Shown piece after piece: positions 38,452 to 47,877 of a stretch of DNA of 64,000 nt. The notes under the pieces were generated by a model. The model saw only the letters and a program-made list of their open reading frames with translations. It was not told the DNA's origin and did not search any database. Within the stretch, counting starts at the first letter, position 1. Each line of letters starts with the position of its first letter. Source of the stretch: Podarcis melisellensis (taxonomy: Eukaryota); assembly GCA_964234715.1 (NCBI GenBank), contig OZ174288.1. The stretch is one strand, 5' to 3'. The translations under genes and the position numbers were made by a program.

Positions 38452-39238
38452 TTGAGATAGGGGATTAAATATACACCCACATATTTCAAGACATTCTTTT
38501 CTGAAAGAGACCTCTTTTTGCCTGCATGCAGAATTTCAAACAAAACCATTTAAAGGTGGAGCTTGGGCATTTCCACCTAAGTCTAAAAGGGGAGAGATAT
38601 AACACCACATATGCTGCTCAGAGTGCCTCAGACTAGTGACAGGAAAACCCCGCAATGAATAAGAGGCATCTTCTACCATAGACTAAGTTAAATAGACAGT
38701 GTTCTGTCTACAGGAAAACATCTTTTAGCAAGCACTTCTAGTCTCAGTCCATGTTTTGGATGAGCCGTATCAGCTGAGCAACACAGTGCCCCAACACAGG
38801 GGCCAAGGATAATGCCACATCCATGCAAATGATGTAGCAATAAGTATGCAAATTAGCTATTGCCCCCTGGCTCATGATTGGCTTCCAGTGCAGTCTCTGT
38901 GCTGAAGCAAGGTGCCTCCCAACTGTTTAAAGGCCATCTGCATTATCCTAGTCAAACACAAAATGGAGAATATCTTCTCCCTTATCAAGCTCTGCCTGGA
39001 AATCACTGCACAACACTGGTCTAATGAATCCTTGGAAAAACAATGATTAGAAACGTCTTTTTTAGACTTGCAGAATAACTCCTGGGGGTGCCCTGAATCA
39101 TAAGAGATTCACAGGAATAGCCAAGTATATCTTCGACTTCAGACTGTCTGCACAGTAGTAATTCAAAAGCCAGGTTAACAAAAGTTGAAAGGAAAACTGC
39201 TTCTGCTTGGTTTTTAAAAACTTGAGTCATTGTTTATA

Positions 39239-39469
39239 CAGTGGTACCTCGGATTACATACACTTCAGGTTACATACACTTCAGGTTACAGACTCCGCTA
39301 ACCCATAAATATTACCTTGGGTTAAGAACTTTGCTTCAGGATGAGAACAGAAATCGTGCGGTGGCAGTGGGAGGCCTCATTAGCTAAATTGGTGCTTCAG
39401 GTTAAGAACAGTTTCAGGTTAAGAATGGACCTCCGGAACGAATTAAGTATGTAACCAGAGGTACCACTG
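39239..39469 (+). mobile_element. Tc1/mariner(pogo)-type MITE, copy 2
   Basis: TA|CAGTGGTACCTCGG...GAGGTACCACTG|TA, with an internal duplication of TTACATACACTTCAGG. Confidence 0.88.
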
Positions 39470-42055
39470 TAGATCTTGATCAAGCCATAAAGAAGTACTC
39501 CATACCACCATCTCAGCTGCCTTGAAATGCAAACTGAACTCACCCAATTATTTATCATTTTTATTTAAAACATATACACCATCAATTGAAAAATGATATT
39601 CTACCACCTGAATATGGAACTTAACTTTGGAAGATGAGTACTTAACTTCGAACTACAAGCTAATATTGCCCAAACTGACTTCTAATGTCTCCGCACCTAT
39701 TGCCCCCTAAAACTGATCTCCAGCCTTGCAAATATAAAGCCTATTGCTTTTCTCCTTACTTCGGTTTTCTGCCTCACAAGGAATTTGTGTAGTCCAACTA
39801 GTACTAAAGACAAGGAACAAATAGATGTCATATTTTCAAACAATGAGGAGAGAAACCATTCCCCCCCCCCATGACTTATTGATTTTCTCAGCTACAGTAT
39901 GAAGTAGGTTCAGACATGGACTATTCCAGATTCACACAGGGAGCTTTATGGCAGAGTTGGTAACTAAACCTGGGTTTCCATGTTCTTATATTGACACTCA
40001 AGCCACACCATCACACTGGCTCTCTATGAAAACAGTACTGTATACTGTGTCCACCATGATACTGAACTCCTTCAAAGAAGGGCAAGATCAAATCATAATA
40101 AATGAACAAGCAAGCCACCATGAAGGCTAAGAATCAATTAAACCTCCCTGTGATCGTTGGCCTTAACTTGTGCAGGTAAGATGCATGCAAAGTTCATGTT
40201 ACATCAATAGTTCTGCTTTGATACAATACTCAGACAAAGCAGCTTTTTCTCTCCCCAGCAGTTGTGCTAAACACCTCACCCACAAGTAAACTAGTCTTAG
40301 ATGCATTTATAGGCAGCTTTCACCAACTGTCAAAGCCAAGCAGGTAGCAGTTTTAAATCAAAACTGAAGTGTCCCACAATGCCCTACGTCAGCACAAAGG
40401 TTTTTAAGCACGCAAAACTCGGTATTTGGAATTGCTAGCAGAAGCAACTCATGGAATCTGAAGTGGTTGTAAAAACAGAGGACAAAACTCCTGGATTCTT
40501 GCTAAAACTTATTGCTGTTTGCTACCCTGTTGGCTATAACCTATAATCCATGCTTTCCCCATCTCAGTTCTCAGTATTCAAAAGTGTATTTCTGTAGGAC
40601 TTGTCACTTCATCTGTGTCCTGCTTCTTCCTCTTCATCACAGGAAGTTTTAAAAGCTCAGTCAAAAGGGAAAGCAATACAAAAGGCACATAATAGGGAAC
40701 TAGCAGCAGTTATACAAAACTTCCTCTTAATATTACCAACATGCTGGTTACATGACACAAAGCATGCCAGAGTTGCAACCACTGAAACACTGGCAGGAAA
40801 TTCAAGACCAAGCTGTAAAGTGCAAAACTGTGGGATTACCGGTAATTTGCCACAGACACTCCTCCAAGCCTGTTCTAGAGAAGATGCAAGCAGCAAAACT
40901 CTTGGAGTTTGCACCAACAGGCAAGAGGCCACAAGCAACAGGCATGAGGCACACAGCACAAAGCAAATGTTTTTCAACCCAAGCAACTCAGGGACAGAAG
41001 CAAACTGCTGTTTTTAAACAGATGGCAGTCTCCATACAGGCTAAGGAAGGCACACAGTCATTCAACAGGCAGGAAGAAAAGCTATAAAAAGCAAGCATTA
41101 ATCAGAGGCTCCAATATTCTTAGCACACACAACACGGCAGCTTTCAACAGCCAAGGCTCCCAGGGCAGCACACTGTTAGATGCTTTCGACATACCTCTCA
41201 ACCTAAAAAAAAAAGGCCCTAACCATGAAGGCAAACCTTCCTTGGAGGGAGTGATGAGGGGAACAAGCATTTTTTAATTATTATTAGCCAGCCGTTTGAT
41301 TAGTAGGTTTCACAAGGGGTAAAATCTTGAGAGACTCCACAGTTCTGCCTTCTCAGGGGCATTTGTCATGAAAACAACACTTCTAGATATTAATGGTTTA
41401 TGGGGACCTTCTAAGTGTATCCTTTCCAATTTGAAGATAAATTCTGTTAGCCTTGGCTATGACAGGTGGCATTATCCAAATCTAGACCTGGAGAAGATGT
41501 TCTCCAACACAGGGTCTCTCAGGTCAGTGGCTGTAGTCTGGGGTGTTTGCCTTAGAAAATGGGGATCTGAAACCTAGGAGGCAAGAATTAGTTCCCTGGC
41601 CATGAACTGAAAAATTGACTTGATTGATGTGGATAAATTCCCCTTCAGGCTGGGCTTAACTAAGATTTCAGCTAATGACTACTTCAGTACTGGAGGGTAG
41701 GCGTCAAAACGCTCCACACAACTTGCAGTTTTTGTGTCTGTGAAAGCAGCAAGTTGAGGATGTGACATTATTAATTCAGTTGCCCCACTGTCTCAATGTT
41801 AAAAGGAATTATTTATTTTTGCTTTGGGGGGTGAATGACGTCATGGATATTGGTCAATGAACAAAAGATAGGTTTTGCTTCTTGTTGATACAACTATGGC
41901 AATTATTGAAAGCTAGCTAAGATGAAGTTAGTGGAAATTTTGGTGTGGCTTCAACTGGACCATGGCTAGAGCCTACAAGACCCCAAAGTATACAATCCTA
42001 GGTTTCAAACCGATCTGAGAGGTATGAGATCAAGCTCTTTCCCTTGCTTTCTTAC

Positions 42056-42231
42056 CTTCGTGCCCGGTGATTCACGTGCTGATGCTGACGTGTTATAAGG
42101 GCACTTTCCCATACAGGGCCACTGTGGCTACTCCTATACCAACTTGCAGCCAGATGCCCTGGGTAGGTTGGGCCAGTGAAACCATGGTCCGACTCCGTCT
42201 CGGCGGCCAGCGATGAGGCTGAGCTGCCCAT
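42056..42231 (-). CDS. CAPN15: Putative upstream coding segment of CAPN15 (N-terminal extension starting MGSSASS), inside predicted exon 42349..42056
   Basis: Acceptor ctttcctttctccag|TG at 42350/42349 follows a long pyrimidine tract. ATG at 42231 is in a strong Kozak context (gctATGG). 58 codons + AG precede donor AAG|gtaag. AG plus the first C of exon 7804 makes AGC, then HTHSSGS-M in frame with the main ORF. Locally CpG-rich. Confidence 0.65.
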
Positions 42232-42682
42232 AGCTCCCCTCAACCCTGGCTGGGCCAAGATTTATAGGTTAGGTCCAAGCCAGAGGCATGAGCAGTCGGC
42301 CCGCAAGGGTGAGGAGTTGCAGCATGGACTGGCGTAAAAGTTCCCAACACTGGAGAAAGGAAAGCTGGTGCTGATTGAAAAAAGAAAAAGAAGAACACAA
42401 AACAAGAGGAAAGGGAGAGGAGAGAGAGAGAAAGAAAGAAGTAAGGTATGAATTAAACCAATGAAGTGACATTTCTAAAAGCCTGTTAATAACAGAGGTG
42501 GTACCCTAGCCTACCAACAGGGCACACCTGATTCAAAGAAAGCCAGCCTATAGAAACTTAAATGTGTGAGGGGTCAGAAGAAGAGAATGGAAGATGCTAC
42601 TGTGGCTACATAATATAAAGGGCCTATTCCCAAATTCTGTTGGCCAATTTAACCATTCTTTCTTCCGTTTGCATGTGGAAAC

Positions 42683-42997
42683 CAGAGGTTTTCAAACTGT
42701 TTTCTGAGGAAACCTGAGATTTCTTAGATGTATATTGGAGAAACTCAGTGGGAAGGTCAGTAACAGCAGACAAACCTTCCTGTAAAGCAGCACAGTAGCA
42801 AGGAAATGGTGGGAAAACTCACATGGCCCTTAGCAAGCCTAGCCAGTGTGAATGGAAAACACTTCCTAAAAGAAACAAAAATCCACCCCACTCCCAGAAT
42901 CCTCTGAAACACTCAGGGGTAAATGTACTGTGGTTCCTCAGCAGACCAAAACAATTTGGAAAATGTTTCCTGAAAGAAAAAAGTTTGAAAACCACTG
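42683..42997. mobile_element. hAT-type non-autonomous element
   Basis: TIRs CAGAGGTTTTCAAACT / AGTTTGAAAACCACTG; TSD not clear. Confidence 0.6.
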
Positions 42998-43194
42998 GGG
43001 TAGCCAATGCAAATATAAGGAGGTCTGGTGCTCTTGTATTAAGTAATATGGGGAACCAAATGCAAATTTTCTGGTAGCATTTATAAAAATATTGCAATCA
43101 GTAAAGGGCCTGCACTTAGAACTAACAAAATGTCTCACATATGATGGATAATGAGTAGAATGGTCTTTCTCCAACATCTTGTGATCATGCATAT

Positions 43195-43347
43195 GCCCTG
43201 AGGGATAGCTAAGTTGGTAGAGCATGAGACTCTTAATCTCAGAGCCATGGGTTCAAGTCCCAAGCTGAGCGAAAGATTCCTGCATTGCAGGGGGTTGGAC
43301 TAGATAATCCTTGTGGACCTTCCAACTCTATGATTCTGTGATTCTAT
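43195..43347 (+). mobile_element. tRNA-Lys(CTT)-derived SINE with CR1 3' tail
   Basis: Head TAGCTAAGTTGGTAGAGCATGAGACTCTTAATCTCAG...GGGTTCAAGTCC resembles tRNA-Lys(CTT); tail TTCCTGCATTGCAGGGGGTTGGACTAGAT...CTCTATGATTCTGTGATTCTAT. Confidence 0.85.
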
Positions 43348-43442
43348 ATAGCTGTAAAATGCACATGCATATAGCAAGACTCAATCTCATTAATTCATGC
43401 CTGCTACACCACTCATCCTATGCAGCACATATTCCCCTAAAG

Positions 43443-43580
43443 CAGGGGTTCTCAACCTGTGGGTCCCCAGATGTTGTTGGACTACAAGTCCCATCATCCC
43501 TGAGCTCTGGCCTTGCTAGCTAGGGGTGATGGGAGTTGTAGTTCAACAACATCTGGGGACCCACAGGTTGAGAAAGGCTG
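43443..43580. mobile_element. Palindromic hAT-type MITE
   Basis: Near-perfect 138-bp palindrome (CAGGGGTTCTCAACCTGTGGGTCCCCAGATGTTG...CAACATCTGGGGACCCACAGGTTGAGAAAGGCTG) with a perfect 8-bp TSD CCCTAAAG at 43435-43442 and 43581-43588. Confidence 0.9.
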
Positions 43581-43760
43581 CCCTAAAGGCAGGATGAGCT
43601 TGTTGCTCATGAGTAGACCCAAATGGAAGCTGAAGCTTGACCACGCTGAAAAAAATAATGGTTTGACCTGTCCTTTCCCCACCATGGATGGATGCATGGA
43701 AGGAAGGAAGCACAACAGCATCATGGAAGAGAGTGCACTCCATCTGCTGCTTCCTTCCTT

Positions 43761-43782
43761 CCCTAACCCTAACCCTAACCCT
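43761..43782. repeat. Short (CCCTAA)n telomere-like tract
   Basis: CCCTAACCCTAACCCTAACCCT. Confidence 0.7.
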
Positions 43783-44391
43783 TCCTTCCCTTGAGTTGTA
43801 TGGACCAGTTCAGCTGGATCATGGCTATCAGGCAGGACAAAAACATCTGGATTCACTTTAACCATCTCAAATTTGCAAATGTATTTAAGAGTCAGGCTGG
43901 AAGCTGAAAGGAGTTGGAAAAGTGCAGAAAACCTTCAGCAGATTCAATGGCTTCTCAAACCTCTAGCAGCCACCACTGAAGTTCAGTGTTACTACTCCTC
44001 CATGGCCACTTGGAAATTTGGTGGCATCAACATATACACTACTTGCTCTGCTGCTGCTGCTGCAGCAGCAGCCCAAATTCCTGTACCCAGGTTTGCCACC
44101 AACCAGTGTTAGAAACTCAAGATATATAAGCTAATCGCCAAATGGCACCTTAAAATGAGGTTATGGTTGCTGCAACAGAAATGTGTGGGCATCTTTTTCC
44201 AGTGAAATTTGTGGCTGTTGTTAATTTCTATGCTGCTTTATATTTTAAAGGAAAAATCTCAAAGTGGTTTACAACACATTAAATTACCAAATAAAACAAT
44301 CCAGAAGAAAACAAATTCAAGCTTCAAGGAAAATATTTCAGACCCTTCTCTAAGTGACATTTTGCTTCCCTCATATTTATTTACCTACTTA

Positions 44392-44651
44392 CTGTATTTT
44401 TTGCTCTATAAGACTTACTTTTTCCCTCCCAAAAAGTAAGGGGAAATATGTGTGTGTCTCATGGAGCGAATGCAGGCTGTGCAGCTATCACAGAAGCCAG
44501 AACAGCAAGAGGGATTTGCTGCTTTCACTGCGCAGCGATCCCTCTTGCTATTCTGGCTTCTGAGATTCAGAATATTTTTTTTCTTGTTCTCCTCCAACAA
44601 AAACTAGGTGCGTCTTGTGGTCTAGTGCATCTTATAGAGCGAAAAATACGG
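44392..44651. mobile_element. TA-flanked pogo/Tigger-like MITE with a strong internal hairpin
   Basis: TIRs CTGTATTTTTTGCTCTATAAGA / TCTTATAGAGCGAAAAATACGG with TA on both sides; internal inverted repeat at 44488-44565. Confidence 0.82.
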
Positions 44652-44691
44652 TAATCTATAGAGCTGCCCCACAGCAGAAGTACTCTATGAA

Positions 44692-44905
44692 GCCAGCATG
44701 GTGTAGTGGTTAGTGTGTCAGACTAGGACCTGGGAGATCAGGGTTCAAACACCTATTGAGTCACGAAGCTCACTGGGTGACCTTGGGTCAGTCACAGCCT
44801 CTTAACCTACCTCACAGGGTCGTTGTAGGGATTTACTGAGGAATGGGGTGAACCATGTACTCCTTGGAGGAAAAAGGTTGGAGATACAGTAAATGCAATA
44901 AATAA
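44692..44905 (+). mobile_element. tRNA-derived MIR/L2-tail-like SINE
   Basis: GGTGTAGTGGTTAG (A box), GGGTTCAAA (B box), CTGGGTGACCTTGGG core and an AATAAATAA tail. Related fragments lie at about 5685-5810, 25080-25230(-), 48410-48610(-) and 57040-57200. Confidence 0.75.
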
Positions 44906-47680
44906 GCTCTCCTGATTATCTGCTTAAGAAAGCTGGAGAGGCCTTCCAGATGGAGATGTCAGTCGCCAACCAGGCATCCTGAGCTTTCCACATGTTCACA
45001 ATTGGACCCGCACCAGTAGCAAAACATGCCTGGTGCCTGGCTAATGTCTAACACTGCCACCAAGCATCTAGCTTAGCCACATAAGTAAGCATTTCAAGCA
45101 GGCCCACATTGCTTCCATTTTCCTGACTCACACCTTAGTGAGTCAAACTTTCTGAAAATAAGGGCAGCATCAGGGATTAAATAGGTATGTGAGAAAAGGC
45201 AGGTGCCTTTTCTTATGTGGGGGCGGGGGAGAAAACCTTTAGTGTCAAGATTTGTGTTGGAAGCGAAAAGAGCAAGCCAACAATTAGTACAGTAAAAATA
45301 AAGAAATGAGGAAGAGAAGAAAAAATGCCACTGTTGAGCTTATTCAGTTACCCACCAGGATTTGGAGAGAGAGGCAGAAATGAGCTGTGGTAAGAAATGA
45401 GCTATAAATAAGAGAAATGTTCAAGCAATAGAGATTCTTTGCAATGAAAGGGGTTGATACAAAGCTGCTCACATGGAAGATTTTCAACGCCAAGGCTGTT
45501 CCCAAAGGGAACTTGGTATATAGTAATTCTCACTCTTCAGTCCATATAACAAGTGCCAGTCCGATAGATGGCTGACACCACAATTGTGTGCATTAAATGG
45601 GCTTCATTTAAAAACAAGTTGTTTTTCTTTACTGTTCACAACAGCTTATAATACGATGAGGCTGCCAGAAATCTTTACCCTCCAGGCTACTTCCCTCCCA
45701 GCATGCACATGGCAAAATTTGCTCCTTCCACTTCTACTGCCAGCAGATGGAGCTCATGGGCAAATATGGGCCTGGGAAATGAGTCCCAACATCTTCCCAC
45801 CAGGGCACTGGATCTAATACCTGCGTACCCACAGGCAAAGCTATAGCTCTCTCAACCTCTATTCTCCCAACTTATTTCATCACTATATTTTTTACTAGTG
45901 GCTACCACCCCTGCCTACCCCTTTGCGCTTCCCCCACACTTGACCAAATCTCCTCCCCTTAAAACTCACCCACCCTCTTGACTGTCCTTCCACAGCATGC
46001 TCCAAGTCCATCCCCTGGTAAAGGAAGTAAGAGGTGCAAAGGGCCTTCCCTGCTACTTTAAACCTTGCCACAGGCGTGTTCAATGGAGGCAGGAGGTACT
46101 CCATACAGTAGCTTGATAAACCATTGGTGTGAAGCGCCTCCCCTCTCTCCATTAAACCTCACTGCAAGCAGGTTTAATAGAGGAGGAGCTTCACAGCCTG
46201 TCGGCTGTTTCTCATGCTGCAGCTGGCAACCACACAAACTGCAGAGCATGACAACACTTCCAACATTTCCATGTGTGTAAGCAATATATGGCTTGGGTGG
46301 GGTTGTTTTTCAAAATTAAAAGCAACTTAAAATTTTAATTAATAAATAAATAAATCTAAAGAGAGGCTAACAGTAACCAGGAATGTTGTGAGGAAAAACA
46401 GGATAAAATGGGGCAAGGAAGAAGAACCTTGAGTTTCTTAGAGGAAAGGCTAAATATAAGCATAGTAAGCAAACAAGGCACACAAAGTGTGAGAGCACGA
46501 CTCTCTTTTCCTTTTCCTGTTGCACAGGAAAGGACGTATTCTACACATTTCATTACAAAAAGGAAGAGAGCAATGAGCTTGGGTTTTTTGTTATTCCATA
46601 CACTGGATAAGAATTATTAGCCCTTTTTTGTGAATGAGCACTTGGAAGCTACAGCACTCCCTTAGACTCCTGTTACCACATGGAGGAAAAAGAGTTCTCC
46701 CACAAAGGCACTACTGATAATGAATTGATGTTTCAAAATTATTACTTTTTGTCCCATTGCACTAAAAGATGAAGACAGTGCCAACCCAAGACATTTGCTT
46801 CCTGAAGAGAGGTCCAAATGGCACTTCTAGTCATGGACTGCTGGATGCAGTGCAGAGGAGAAGAGGGAGGCACCAGCTGATGGTGATGAGTGGTCAGAGG
46901 GACAAGAGGTTTAGTGAGCAGAAAGAGGCTGTGGCAGAGAGCAGTCCAGACTCTTGAGGCTGAAGAGAAAGCTGGAGAGGAGGGGGGAAAGAGGCAGTTG
47001 GGGTGGGCTGCTGAAGAGTCCAGGTAGTCTCTCCCTCCTGCTGCGACCAACTCCTCCCCCTAACCAGGTCTCCTAGAACAAGCAAGAAAATTGAAAAGAG
47101 CAGGGACTGGTTGTGTGCAGATGCAGTTTACAACTGCTCAGGGAAGACTCTGGAGGAGGAGGAGCCTTATAGAGTGTTAGGAAGGTGGGGAACTTCAGTC
47201 CTCACAACCACCTCATTGGAGCAAGACCTGCAGGGAAGAATTGCTAGGATCACTAGTCCTGTTTTGTTTCAGTTTCTTGGGGGGGGGGAGTTAATTGCAC
47301 TGACAGAGTATTGTCTATTTCTGACCTATGCTTGACTCTGACTTCCGACACCTCCCCTGATAGGGTCAACACTTTAAGAAGTCATGATACACCAGTTTGC
47401 CTTCACATATTCTACTCTACCACCACTATGGAATCCCATTAAGAAATCTATGTACCCTACTGGATGGCAGAGCAACCATGGACAAAGATCCCCCAGGGAC
47501 CAAAATGAGTTTTTCCTCCTGACTCTCAAAATAATAAAAAGGATATAGTGTGTGGAAACCCAACTTCCACCAACAACAAGCAAGAGGTGGTGGCTCAAAC
47601 AATGGTTAAGCCTTTCTAGTGCTATACCATACAAAAATAGTTCAAAACCAACACTTTCACAAATCCCTCAGCACTCTTAC

Positions 47681-47877
47681 CTGAGCTAGAAAGACCAAGA
47701 AATGCACCCATCTTGCTGTACATAAAAGATAAGCACCCACTGAAGCGCTGCAGATTTGGCTAACTGAGAAATACACTGCCTGCCAGACCAGCAACTATGC
47801 AAGCAACAAAATGCATTGCTGCGGATTTCTTTCCCTTAAAAAGGAAGTATGAATCCATTGCTGAGCATGTGAGTGTA
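47681..47877 (-). other. Candidate 5'-UTR exon of CAPN15 (197 nt) containing uORFs
   Basis: Acceptor cttcttgttccccttctgtcctgcag| at 47878/47877 and donor CAG|gtaaga at 47681/47680. Unique-looking sequence on the same strand as CAPN15. Confidence 0.5.

Noticed and set aside
43195-43270. Possible tRNA-Lys gene (likewise tRNA-Ile at about 15175-15245)
   Set aside because: Stems are mutated and the sequence runs directly into a CR1 tail, so these are SINE heads.
45738-45754. CTCF-like motif CCAGCAGATGGAGC
   Set aside because: Mismatch at a core position; a single motif without support.
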